Below, piece after piece: positions 17,736 to 33,630 of a stretch of 64,000 nt of DNA (positions are counted from its first letter, which is position 1; each line of letters opens with the position of its first letter). The notes under the pieces are model-generated. The model was given only the letters and a program-made list of their open reading frames with translations, had not been told where the DNA came from and ran no database searches. Both the position numbers and the translations under genes were made by a program. The DNA comes from Chrysomallon squamiferum (taxonomy: Eukaryota; Animalia; Mollusca), in NCBI GenBank assembly GCA_012295275.1, contig CM022674.1:16802001-16866000 (forward strand). Direction: 5' to 3'.

Positions 17736-18284
17736 ATCCTCAGTTCAGTAGTGACAAAGTCTTGGAAACATTAATAGAAGAAATTAATAGTTTATTTGGC
17801 CGTGTGAAATAACGATTAAAATCTCTTATATAATTAGGTTAATTTTCTTGTGAACAGAGATACATGAAACAGATATCGTTTATAATCAAAAAGGTGTATT
17901 GGATAATTCTGTGTTTTAGTATTTCATTACAAATTCTTTACTCATTAACTTTTTAATCATATGCAAACAATCTTTGATTTGTTTTTGAATACTTTTTTAA
18001 AAAGTCTGTTTTAAATCACTCAATAATAATGATTTTTGTGAATAAGAAATATTTTTAACTTTTGCATCAAGTGTTGCGTTTGTTTATTATTTTCTAATGG
18101 AGAGAAGTTAAAACCAGCTCAATATGTAGTGTTCTGACATTTTTGGTTGGAAGCTTCAATAGAAGATGTTCTAATTTAAATTTGTCTTTAAATATTCTAT
18201 TGTTAATTCCTTTAGATGACTCACCTTTATATCTATTCTATTTTTATGAGAATTGATGAGATATAATTCTTACTGCATGTTTCT

Positions 18285-18545
18285 ACCACAAATCATTTCA
18301 CTTTGGACACATGATTATATATAACATAAACACATTCATCTAGTATACTTTTTCACAGAAGATAATTAAGACTTGATACAGCATTTACATTACAGTTGTG
18401 ACGATGACATGTAGAGTACACCAAGAAATGTGTACGGTGTATTTAATGTAATGATTGTTATTGTAACACATACAGACAACTGATATCTTTCTAATTCTCC
18501 ATAAACCACAAAGCGTGGTGTTGATTTGTAAATACTTAATATATA
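18285..18545 (-). mobile_element. Non-LTR retrotransposon C-terminal relic (copy at ~34740-34990)
   Basis: Reads TPRF(V/M)VYGELERYQL, homologous to the YGELGR region of the element at 3310-4770. Confidence 0.55.
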
Positions 18546-19219
18546 TTTAGACAAAAATTATTAAAATATAAGAATAGTAAAAACAAAAACAACAGTAAAA
18601 TAAATATAATACAAATACACACACTCAAACACACACACACACATACACACACAAAATCATAAAATAAAATAAAATAAATAATAAAAATATAAAATAAAAA
18701 GAACAACCAAATAAACGCTATACAGAAGATATACCGAACAATCGACGAAAAAACAAAAGCAAGACTAAGTAAAAACAAAACTATCATTTTGCCCCAAACC
18801 AGTTACTGAAGTAAAACATAAAAAACATGAAGATTCTGCTAGTTCAGCAAACGTAAACACAACATTTTCAAAGATGAACAAACAATATTTCAAATGATCA
18901 ATTGAACTGACAGAATCAATAGAAATTATAAAGACAGCATATCTATCATTATTGTATCATTATGTTAACCAACCAAGTGAGATGTGGTTTTGCATAATAC
19001 AGTATGAAATATTTCTATTCTGGACAGAAATCAGAAGCTTGTGTCAAATGATTAATATATTTGAAGAGTTCAGTTTGGTAGTGTTAGTGTCTTGGAAACA
19101 TTAGTAGAAGAAATTACTAGTTTATTTGGCTCTCTAAAATAACCATTAAAATCTCTTTATATAAGTAGATTAATTAGTTCTGAATAGCGATATCTGAATT
19201 TCAACATATTGTTTATAAA

Positions 19220-21187
19220 ATGGAGATAATGAAAAAGATCAACGAGATAATATTCTGTGTTTTAGCATATATGATAATCGTTGTTTCTTTCTGCAATTTC
19301 GAGATTAGCACTCGTAAGACTTTTCGAAAGTTACCACAATACCAAGATAAGAAACTTGAAGAAGATCCTTCAAAAGAATTGACCGTGTCCAGTAAATTGC
19401 ACTGTATGACAGAATACGTCAGCAACGTAGGCTGTAAACCTAGACTTATTATTTCTATCATTTCAAGACTGGTGAACAAAACACAGAGCTACCAAAAAAG
19501 TTTTTTAATGATCGTCCAAGACATGGACGATCATTAAAAACGTTTTATTCATGAACGTTTTAAGCAGATAAGGGACCTAGGTTTTCAAGTATTTCATAGA
19601 CAGACAGACGGATCAGAAAACTTCTACAGAACGTGGCAAGAATACAGAGACGCATTTGGTTAATTAACTAAAGAATTCTGGTTAGGTAGGCTAATTAGTA
19701 ATAAATAATTAAAATATGTATATTAAAAAGTTAGTGAATGAATTGAGAAAGTTCACAAGTATAATGTTCGTTCAGTGGACAGTGGATTTATCGGTTATCG
19801 ATTTGATTTATCTTGCTAGGCAATGAGAACATACATCTGTTGTCCAGTCAAGGTTACTACGATCTGAAACTTGACTCGGAAAATATCGAAGGAAACACGA
19901 CTTTTGCTGTCTACAAAACTTTCTCGATAACTGGAGAAGATGATTTTTATCGCTTATCAGTTGAAAAATAGAGCGGAAATGCAGGTAATTTGAAATAAAT
20001 AAATACAACAACAACAACAGAAATCATGCTAATAATAATAAGAATCTTCTAAAAAAAAACAACAACAACAACAAATTAAATAAATGAATGAATGAATGAA
20101 TAAACAAATAATCAAATACATTCAATTATAATACATTTCTAAAACAACCCGAACAATCACAATGACAATAAAAATAATCGACTAATTATTAAATTTATAT
20201 TAAATTTATCTGTAAACAGTTCATATCTGAATTTAGAAAAAAAATGTATTTTTTTGTTCTTGTAAAACAGTCCTCGCGATATGTCATACTTGCTGAAATC
20301 AAGTTTATGCCATGTGCTGTCAGTTTGTATTGAATATTGAGAACCCTGACTGGTAAATTGGCACGTTGTAAATTGTCGGAGGCTAAAAGTTGGCAAATTA
20401 TTGGCATGAGAGATCCAGGAATTCTCCTCAAACTATTTGGATGTCAACTTTGGCGCAGTATATCCATCACTTCATGACAAAGACAGAGCTGTAAAAACAG
20501 GATTTAAACATTGTCCAACACATGGGAATCCCTGTAAGACAACAATAAGAGAGGAGAGAGAATTGTTGAGACTTGTTAGACGTCGATCATGGGTCTCAAC
20601 CACATTTTAAAACAACAGTGGTTACCATTGAGAGCCATTTCCTAAACGACCTTCAGGAATCGGCTAAAAGCAGGACAGAAAACATAAAACGTATAAAACT
20701 ATCTCCAGCTCACAAACAAGTACCACATTTAAACATGTAGATAAAACGAAATATTTGTACCGGTTACCTCACTGAAAAGAACAAACATTAAACTAGTTTT
20801 AAACCTTACGTTTAAAGAATAGGGTCATCATCGTGGTCGTAGTTTTTCATCCTGCTGTTTTATTTTGGAAAACTGATTGACACGAATGTGATTCTGATAA
20901 TTATAGAATGTTTACTTGTAGGTGATGCCCTGATAAACGCTGTAACAGATAACGTTCGTCACAATGGTATGAAATTCTCTACAGAGGACAATGGAAACGC
21001 ATGTGCTAGGGGTTATAAGGGAGGCTGGTGGTACAACGACTTTCACTCTGCCAATCTGAACCGTCCGTACCTCAACGGAACCAATAACCTCTTTGCTGTA
21101 GGCATCAACTGGTCGCCATGGAGAGGCTATTATTATTCATTGAAGAAAACTGTAATGAAAATTCGACCATCTTCTGTTTTGAACTAA
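19220..21187 (+). pseudogene. PAN-FReD pseudogene copy E
   Basis: Exon 1 is truncated after VGCK (~19438) and fused to Tc1 sequence. Exon 2 is absent. Exon 3 (~19590-19686) and exon 4 (~19820-19984) are degenerate. Exon 5 20922-21187 is open but has Cys->Phe (NDFHS). Confidence 0.9.
20380..20700 (+). mobile_element. Tc1-like transposase N-terminal relic (copies ~39180-39490, ~54625-54880)
   Basis: IGMRDPG..., GNPCKTT..ERELLRLVRR and ISYTTFRNRLKAG resemble the Tc1 GRPRKTT linker and second HTH. Confidence 0.65.
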
Positions 21188-21505
21188 AACTCTAATGAAA
21201 TTTCGATCAATTTCAGTTTTGAATTAATAGTGTGATACAAATTTGGCCATCTTCAGTTTTCAAAGAAACGTGTGATGAAATTAGACCAAGTTCTCTTTTT
21301 AACTGAAACTGTAACGAGAATTTGACCATCTTCTGTTTTGAATTATAACTGTAATGAAAGTCCGACTATCTTCTGTTTTCAATTACAACTGTAATGAAAC
21401 TTTACTATCTTCTGTTTTCAATTATAACTAGAATGAAAATTCGGCCATATTATGTTTTGCATTAAAACTGTGATGAAAATTCCACCGTATTCGGGTTTGA
21501 AGTAA
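21146..21505 (+). repeat. ~40-bp tandem repeat (~9 units) seeded by the FReD C-terminal codons
   Basis: aaaactgtaatgaaaattcgaccatcttctgttttgaact-like units at 40-nt period (21151, 21191, 21231, 21271...). Copies at ~39946-40310, ~10790-11003 (-) and ~55240-55470. Confidence 0.85.
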
Positions 21506-22053
21506 CACTGTGTTCTTAGTTAAAAAAACGAAGCAATAGTATTAGCCTAATGAAAACTGAATTATTAACTGGAGAAATAAAATAAAATAAAAAACGAAAA
21601 AACATTCCAACTGACAGGACTGTTTCCTTACTCAAAATATTGAAGACAAAAAAAATGATTGGGAAAAAAATATGAAACAAAATGTTTGAAATGTTTATTT
21701 CTTTTCGGATTTATTTTATATAAATCTGCAAACTACTAATTTGAAACAATTGCTGAATGTAAATTTTTAACACTTGATAAATTAAATTTTATAATTGATT
21801 TGTTTGGAAAGAGTTGTTAAATGTAATTGTATGTAAGCAAATGTTGCTGATTGGTTTTTTATTCGTGTTCTGGATAAAGATAAATGTACACACACACTCT
21901 CACACACACACACACATATATTATGTTCGAAAAAATATGTGTATGAGCAGGATTTTTAAAAAACAAGAAGATATCATTAAAGCAAGAGAAAACACAAAAT
22001 TAAATAATAATAATATTAATATTACAAATGCCTCTACTAATACTGCAACTACA

Positions 22054-22111
<58 letters not shown>

Positions 22112-22993
22112 ATAATAATAATAATAATAATAAATATGCACACATACCCAAACACACAGCCACACACACACAGACACAGACTGTAAACACAATACCTACT
22201 TGATGTAAAAACACATGAATATTTAAAATAACGAGATCTCTTTGAAGACTGAACAAAGCTGGGAAAGTCGCTTCATTTGATCTCACTTGATTCTGTTCTG
22301 TAGATGAACATACATTGATCGATCAGTTTAATGCTAGTATAATTGGAAAAATAATAAAACAGGTGACGAAATGTAAATTATTTATTTGTATACAGTTCGG
22401 TAAGTTCTATTTGATTGTTTGCATTAATTTATTCTTAACAATTTGTTTTTGACTTAATCCCTTAGGATGTTTGTAACGGTGATTAAAAACAATAAGTTTG
22501 TAAGTATGGACGTGCATATTAATAACTACAAAAAATAAAAAGACAAAGGATACCAATAAAACAAAAGGAACAATAAAGAGAAAGTATCAAATATTCCACT
22601 AGTTCAGCAAGAGTAAATATAAATATTTTATGGATGACTAAAACATATTTCAAATGATCATTTCCCTGATGACTATTACATGAATAAGTATAAATGTGAT
22701 TTCCATTCTGATTCACTTCTAAATGATTCAGCTGAATTGACAGAATCAATAGAATTTAAAAAAAAAGATATATCCACCGTTACTGTATTATTAAGTTAAT
22801 CAATCAAGTACGACATTGTTTTATTTAATACAGGATGAAATATTTCTGTTTTGAACAGAAAGCAGTAGCTTGTGTCGAACGGGCAATACAATGGAAAAGT
22901 TCAGTTTAAATAACATTTAGAATTTCTTTCTATAATTATATTAATTTAGTTCTGAACAGAAATACCTGAATTTCAGCACTGATATCGTTTATG

Positions 22994-23094
<101 letters not shown>

Positions 23095-23109
23095 AAGGAA
23101 AGAGAAAAT

Positions 23110-23588
23110 GGAAGATATTCTGCTTGTTCAGCAAGCGTAAATATTAATTTCTCAAAGATGAATGAAACATATTTCATGTGATCATTTCCCTAATGACTAT
23201 TATATGAATAAGTATTTACCTTTATCTTTGGCTTCTATATGTTTCTGCTAAAGTTAGAGAATCGATAGTAATTATTAAAAAAAACTATCTACCATTAGTA
23301 TCTTATTAATTTAACCATCCAAGTGAGACGTGGTTTTCATTAATAAAGGATGAAATATTTCTGCTCCGGACTGAAAACAGAAGCTTGTTTCAAACGTTCA
23401 GTATAATTTGAAGAGATCAGTTTGGTAGACTACTAGTTACAGTGTCTTCGAAACATTAATAGAAGTAATTAATAGTTTATTTCGCGCTATCAAATAACGA
23501 TTAAAAGTTCTTTATCTAACTGGATTAATTTAGTTCTGAACTGAGATACCTAAATTTCATCACTGATATCGTTTGTAAAATAAAGATA
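23110..23588 (+). promoter_or_regulatory. Conserved upstream module preceding exon 1 of the PAN-FReD copies
   Basis: The block ttctgctagttcagcaagcgtaaa...gatcatttccct...caagtgagac...ttagttctgaac...gatatcgttt recurs at ~17370, 18830, 22590, 35280, 41360, 41940 and 62390. TATA-like ttatataag lies ~60 nt before the ATG in copies A and E. Promoter function is inferred. Confidence 0.5.
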
Positions 23589-26089
<2,501 letters not shown>

Positions 26090-27747
26090 ATAGGATTGAG
26101 AATTTGAACATTTTCTGTTATAAATTGAAAATGTAATGACAATTCGACCATCATCGGTTTTGAACTAAACCAGGATTGAGAATTTGAACATCTTCTGTTA
26201 TAAATTGAAACGGTAATACAAATTCCACCATCTTCTGTTTTGAACAAATAGTTTTAGGAACATTTGTCTGTCTTCTGACTAAAGTTATATCTGTAATTAC
26301 AAAAATGACCGTCTTCTGTTTTGAACTAAAAATGTAATGAAAATTTCACAATCTCCTGTTTTGGACTAAATCTCTAAAGAAAATTCGACCACCTTCAATT
26401 TTGAACGAAAACTGTTATGACAATTCGACCTATTTCTGTTTTGAAATCAAACTGTACTGAAAATTCCACCATCTCCTTTTCTGAACTAAAATGATAATGG
26501 AAATGTGTTCATCTTCACCTTCGAACTAAAACTGTAATGAAAATTCCATCATATGGTGATTTAACCTAAAACTGTGACGAAAACTGAAGTAAAACTGTAA
26601 AGAAAATTCGAGTATCTTCGGATTTGAATGAAAACTGTGATGAAAATTCCAACAACTTCTGTTTTGAACTAAAACTGTAATGAAAACTCTACAGTCGTCT
26701 TTTTTTAATTAAAACAGTTTCATTAGTTGAAACGAGACAATAGTGCTAGCCTAAATTATTAACTTGAGAAATGAAATAAAAATAAAAAACGAAACACTAT
26801 TCCAATTTACAGGAATGTTTTGTTTAATCAAAATACTGAAAACAATGCCATCCAAAAAAATAAATAATAATAAATAAAAAAAAAAAAAAAAAAAAAAAAC
26901 AGAAAGAAAATATCTGAATTGTTTATTTCTTTTAGCATTTATTTCATATAAATTTATATACTACTAATTTTGAAACAATTGCTAAATGTAAATTTATAAC
27001 ACTTGTTAAATTTAGTTTTATTTTGAAAGAGTTGTTAAATTTAAATTTATGTAAGCAAATGTTGCTGAATTATTTTATTTTAATTCGTGTTCTGGATAAA
27101 GATAAATTTATGATAATATAAAAACGAGAACTATTACTGGTATTTGAAACGTTCTCCTGATACTGGTAGATTATAAGGATCGATCCCAGCTTTATCGAGT
27201 TTGTCTTTATCACATTCGTGTTTGTTAGTGTTGACTTTATATAAAAATTATAGTATGTGTTGTTCTGTATAAAATAGTTTGTAAAATGATCCTCACTGCT
27301 GATATAAAAATGTATTTTCTGGAGGAAAAATTCCTGAAACTTCTACCAGTGTTGACTGTAGATTTGAAAAGAATTCGTGTTATCTCTGTAATAAAAGGAA
27401 AACATTTTCATTCTTTATTTCAGTTTGTTTGTTTGTGTGATCATTTGATTATTTGTTGAATTATTTATTTCAATTTTTGCCTGTTTTATTTATTTATTAA
27501 TTTATTTATTTCAATATATATATGCGTCAACATGATTATAAATAAATATAAATAAAAGAAACAATCAAATAATAATAAAATTACTACTACTACTACTAAT
27601 ACTACGACTACGACTACGATTACTACTACTACAACAACTACTACTACTACTGCTAATACAACTAATAATGATAAATACAAACACACACACATATAGAAGG
27701 TTGATTATAAACACAAAATCTGGTTTATGCAAAAACACATGAATATT

Positions 27748-28372
27748 ATAACCTTGTTTATTTTTGTCTTTGATGATTTTAACCGTGGGTATTTTGCTAT
27801 ATAACTACTTTGGAGAATGCAGTCTTGGAGCAATGGGTCCAGTCTAAACATAAAAATGAAAGTGAGATGAGCCGAGTTCCGAAGTGTTTACTGCTGGACA
27901 GCCAAATGCGTTGTAACTGGACACTAGGATAGGATAGGAAAAAAATTAACGTGCTAATCAGAGCAAGCTGTTGTGAAGCACATCTGCGACGGGCACGCTT
28001 TCTGACAAGTCAGCGGGCGCGTCCGTCGCAGAGTCTGTGCGTTATTTTAGAGCACTCGGCTCATATCGTTACGTATTAATGTATTTAGGTATTTTAGTTG
28101 TTGTCAAGATTATTGCCGTAATCAATTTACTCGGGATAAGACATCTTTTGTCTACAGCGGTCCTTAATCGGTGCATACCAATTAATTGGAGGCGGCTCAT
28201 ATCATTATATATTAATGTATTTAGGTATTTTAATTAATTACCTATCTGTTTTTGGATTGGATGGATTGTAACTTGACGACTTTGGCTTTATAACTTTGGT
28301 TGCTATAGTTAAATATATTTTATTTTAATTTGCTTATAGCATGTCCAAGCGAGGCGTTTTTCCCCACTATGA
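27748..28372. mobile_element. Unclassified ~620-bp insertion
   Basis: Interrupts the downstream motif aaaaacacatgaatatt|taaaataac, which is contiguous in paralogs (~22208, ~40988). aatatt occurs on both sides, and there is an internal ~40-bp direct repeat (28057/28193). Confidence 0.4.
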
Positions 28373-28619
28373 TAATATTTTAAATAACGTTTTATCTTTG
28401 AAAACAAAACAAAGATGTTTTTCTTAATCCCTTAGGATGTTTGTAACGGTGATTAAAAATAATACATATAACTATAAGAGTATGTATTGTAAGTATGTAT
28501 GTATGCATATGCATGCGTTTGTTTGTGTGTCTGTGCATATATATGTATGTATATGTATATATATACACACACACAAACACAGTCCCACACACCGTGTTAA
28601 TAGGCGGTATAAAATGCAG

Positions 28620-29590
28620 TAATTCCTGATTGCATTCAGATCACTTATTTTTCCACCACGGTGGTTCTTTTGGAAGTCCGCTTTAAGAGAGATTGATTAA
28701 GAACTATGAATTATGCAAGAGAATGTACATAAGAAAGGAAGAGTGTTTCTTGATTATGGAACAGCTAAAGAAGATCTCTTTGACCATAGGAAAAACCCAC
28801 CACGAGTACTTACTACCTCATGTCCACGTTTGAAATTCTTCAGTGCGCAGACGTGCAGAAACTGAGCAAGAAACGCGAAACAGATGAAGACGCCAGGTCT
28901 GACCAGCTGCGGTCCCACTCCAAGGATGACCAGTTGACACCAAAAGTAGAGTTCCTGTGTCGACGTCAGCGCCAAGTGAAAATTCGGCGAAGATGAACAG
29001 TTTCAGCAAGACGAGCGGATGATCAAACGCAGTCGCGTTGTGTTGTCTGCCGGAGAAGAAGGAGAGAGAGACAACGTGGCAGTGCCTGTTTCAGCTGTGG
29101 ACAGGGGCCGCGGTGACCCCAGGAGCCTGCTGGGTGTGATTGTAGATACTGATGACAATGAACAGTCTACCAGGAACCAGTTTGATGTGTGTTCCCAGAG
29201 ACTGCTTTTGTTGTATGATGTGTCAAAATGCTTTTAGAGCAGCAGTGTCAAAGGAGTTACGCAGGAGGACAAGGGTTTGTGAAATGCAACTATAGAGGAA
29301 AAAAGAGCTGTCAAACAAAACGTGTATGTTTCGAGAACAAACGTTTGAACTGCTGTAATAAATAGAACACTACTATATGAGTTACGAAATAAATCTCTTC
29401 ATCCAATTGTAAGTCATTTTTTTTCATTCAGTCATTTAACCTAATGACTTGAGGTCCATTTCAGTCGTTTGGCCTATTTATTGGAAATCTTAGACATTAG
29501 GCCAAATGTCTGACGGTCTTGTGAGTTAGGCTAAACCTAAACATTTCAGGCATTAGACCAGATGACTTCTTTCACATATTGGCTGTAACA
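28620..29590 (+). mobile_element. Ginger/KRBA2-SCAND3-like integrase transposon, 3' relic
   Basis: RMIKRS...DNVAVPVSAVDRGRGDPRSLLGVIV, TRNQFDVC and GGQGFVKCN...SCQTKR match the Cys-rich C-terminus of KRBA2-like integrases. Subterminal short palindromic repeats (gacattaggccaaatgtc); terminus ggctgtaaca (TGT..ACA type). Confidence 0.7.
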
Positions 29591-29861
29591 AATATATATA
29601 TGTTTACCACACACACACCAACACACCCAAAAAACACATACACATACATACATACATACATATATACACACCTACGCTCATAACGCTATTTAAGAGACTG
29701 TGAGGGTTGACAAGTCATGTATTGTTATGTTGCATATATTGTTGTGAACTGTCGTGGATCAGGAATTTTCAAGAAATGTTTTGTTAGTTGTGTCTTGTAT
29801 AGTAAAATTGCCTTTTACGTTTCTGTCGTTTGTGTCATTTAAAAACCGACGTGAAACACAC

Positions 29862-29905
<44 letters not shown>

Positions 29906-30744
29906 TACATACACATACAAATGCATATACAAAGACACGCAGATACATTCAAACATTACAACAATATTATATACACATTAATTATGCAGACACACTAGGT
30001 ATAAACATATAAAAATAGACACAAACACAACATACTTAAGCAGAGGATTTTGCTAGGGAATACATTCTGTCTCTCTACAAATTCAATGCATCAAATACAC
30101 TGGTTTACACACTGAACCGTTGCAGATAATTTCAACCAGAGTTACGGTTCTTGCTATTTATAAACAGGGAAATACCAACATTAATATAATAAATTTCATT
30201 GTTTCAGTAACATAACTTATTTAAATAAACGTGTTTGGTTTACTTCATTGTCGATTATTAAATATTTGAAAGGAACAGAAGGCCAAAACATCCTTTGTGG
30301 CATCAATAAATAGACAGAAAATTGTATTTGCGCAGTTAATGAAGACTGCAGGGTGTCAGTTTAAGAATGGGTTGTATGCACGCTTCACTTAGATATCTCG
30401 CTTCTGGAACTAATATGTTGTTGGGCTTCACTCAGTGTTTACACATTTTTAATAACATGTAGACGAACTTTCATTCGAAAAAAGGTTTCATTGTAATTTC
30501 TATATTTTCTGGTGTTGTTTGTAGCTAGAATTCTTTCTGATATTCAGTATCTTCCTGTCATATCGTCTGTCCATGAATAATACACTGTCATTCTAGACAC
30601 AAAAAAGAAAGATAAAAAAAAAAAAGACAATAAATAAATAAACAAAAAAGGGAAAAAAATCACAAAACAAAACAAAAAAGACAACTTGAAAAAAAAAAAA
30701 AATCACAAATAAAAACAAAAACAAACAACAAACTAACAAATAAA

Positions 30745-30784
<40 letters not shown>

Positions 30785-32899
30785 CTGAAAAATAATACTA
30801 AAATAATAACCTCGAACAAACAAAATGAAATACTTCAATATTTTGGCCATTCATACCATGTAAAACGTAATGAATTTAGCGCTTTTGTTTTTGGCCCGAA
30901 TTCCGCCGTTCTAATGTCGCACCAACAGCTGTGAACGTATTAAACTGGATTTTAATATTTATTGCGGAAAGCATCTGGAGTTAATACCAATCGATATACA
31001 TGTCCATTGCTGAAAACACTATGAACAGGCCACTTTAAACACGTGTCGCAGTCCTTGGTCACGTGATCTATTGAAACAATAGTGACATCTGAAAATTAAG
31101 AGTGTATCGTGCTGAAGGTTGGGTGATCGTTCCCTGTCGCTGTGCTTGGGGTTATTACTGTTTCAAATGTGTTTGGACATTGCTTAATGAGAAAACTTGT
31201 ATTTTCACACATAACTACATTAAAATTAAACTATACAATAAAAATAATATAAAATAAAATAAAATGTATAGGCCTAAGACAAGCTGATCATTTTAAATGC
31301 TATTTCTTCTTCTCCTTCTTCGTAGTATTCGTTCCATCTTTTCTTATGACAAAGGAAAACACACATACACAACACACACACACACAAAACACCATAATCA
31401 TCACCTCAAATAAAACATAAAACAAAGAAGAAGAAAAAAGAAGAAACAAAAACAACAATTAATAAATATAATACCAATATGTTAACTAAACAAAACTAAC
31501 AAAAAAAGAAAAAGAAAAATATAAAATGATTATACTGGCAGCGCAATCCGTATGTGAAAGGGATTTAACAGCAACAGCTTTCATTATGTACACTTTACTG
31601 GTTGCTTCCCTTTATCAACCATCCGCATGAAATTTAAAACAAGAACCAAAGAAATACATTTAGCTTAATTTTTGAGTGCTGCTCTCTCTGTGACATTATT
31701 ACATTTAAATTACATAACTACAGTTAATCAGTACAAAATATCTTTAATCCTATTTGAAATATTTACACTTGCTTCTAGCCAAGGATGAAGAGCACGTATT
31801 TAAAATAACAATGATATTTGGCGTGGTTTATAGCAGATTCCGCCGGCCATTTTTTAAAATACGTTAACCAATGCATTTCAAGAAGCGTAATTATTGACAG
31901 GACGACCTGACCTAATTCAGCTTATGACCCGATTTTAGTAAATGTTGAACAGTGACATCACACCAGCAGTTTCCGATCTGTGGTTGTTATCGGAACTCTC
32001 GTATGTGAGAAGAAATGCGATGAGTTCGCTAATCATTAGTTTTGTCGTCTTTATGCTGATTAATTCTCCTGAATCTGCCGTTTCTAATGACTATGTAGCT
32101 GTCCTGTTTAGGCTCATGTAAACTGGTTATAAGCACAAGAGACATAATTGATTTGAAAAGTTTACAACGCAGTGATGGCTTGCCGAGGTAATGCATGCAG
32201 ATTTTTGTAATGTATACGAATTTTTATAAATGCTGCATCTTATTTTTGTTATGCAAGCACATCGAAATTAACTTAGCTACACTGTAGTTCTTTTTGTGAA
32301 TAATTGAAAAAGGAATAAGAGGATTATTTCTTTAAAACATATTGAATAAATAAATACATGCATTTTAAAAATAAATATGAAGAAGAAAAAAATAGCTAAA
32401 TAAATAAATCATAACAAAATTAAAATGAATATTGACTGAAATTATTAATTTGTATTCTGACATATTATTTAAAACTGAATATGCTTATTCTTCAAAACTG
32501 TTTTGTAACTGGTCTTACAGTCAAAACCACTAACACAAACACTAACTTTACCATGTACTGTTAAACCACAAAAACATTATTACTTTGACTACCAACACTG
32601 CTAGCACTGGCAACAATCAACCATGGATTATCATCTGCACCATGATCTATTATTATTATAATCATCAGTAGCAGCAGCATTATTATTGTCATCTAGATAA
32701 TCATCATAATTATTATCTTCATCATCAACTTTATCATTCTCAGCAATATTGTGGTTTTAACATCAGATAATAAAATAGGATTTTACTATTTACAATTTCA
32801 ATTTTTGTTGTTATTTATTGTGGTATTATGTTTCATATTTCATACTTCACCGATTCTTTTCTTTACCATGACCTTTTTGGCAACCACTCAAACATTTCA

Positions 32900-32952
<53 letters not shown>

Positions 32953-33054
32953 TATAAAAAAAAAAAATATGTTGAAGATTATTTATAAAATAACTGTTAG
33001 AAAATATCTTCAATGTATTTTGTGTAGATCTATTTCTAATATTTTTTATTTATT

Positions 33055-33254
33055 NNNNNNNNNNNNNNNNNNNNNNNNNNNNNNNNNNNNNNNNNNNNNN
33101 NNNNNNNNNNNNNNNNNNNNNNNNNNNNNNNNNNNNNNNNNNNNNNNNNNNNNNNNNNNNNNNNNNNNNNNNNNNNNNNNNNNNNNNNNNNNNNNNNNNN
33201 NNNNNNNNNNNNNNNNNNNNNNNNNNNNNNNNNNNNNNNNNNNNNNNNNNNNNN
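33055..33254. other. Assembly gap (200 N)
   Basis: Run of exactly 200 N. Confidence 1.
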
Positions 33255-33460
33255 TTTATTTATTTGTATACACTTCGGTAAGTTCTATTTCACTATTAGT
33301 GATATTGTATTGTTCACAATCTGTTTTTAATTTAATCCCTTGGGATCTTTGTAACACTGATTAAAAGCAATACGTTTGAAATCATGTACACATATTAAAA
33401 CCTACTTCGTGCTTCGTGGGCAGCGACGGTTACCTTCGATTATTGAGATTAACTGTTTTT

Positions 33461-33630
33461 GAGTCTCGATGGCCGAACAGTAACGTCGTCTGCATTCGGA
33501 GTGCTGGGGAATGGGTGCCACACGTTCGAGTCTCGTCAGCGGCATCTGACGGGTTTGTGAGGTTGTTGATTTGACACTGTCCTCCTGCACCAGTGGTTTC
33601 TGAACATTGTCTATGTGCAGACTGTAATAA
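33461..33630 (+). mobile_element. Possible tRNA-derived SINE
   Basis: GC-richer island with A-box-like tggccgaacag (~33470) and B-box-like gttcgagtc (~33524). Confidence 0.4.

Noticed and set aside
30310-30460. Possible exon shared in inverted form with ~8855-8995
   Set aside because: Stops occur in all three forward frames and no domain is recognisable; probably a dispersed repeat relic.
30870-32280. More complex, slightly GC-richer non-repetitive stretch
   Set aside because: No ORF, terminal repeats or RNA motif that I can support from the sequence alone.
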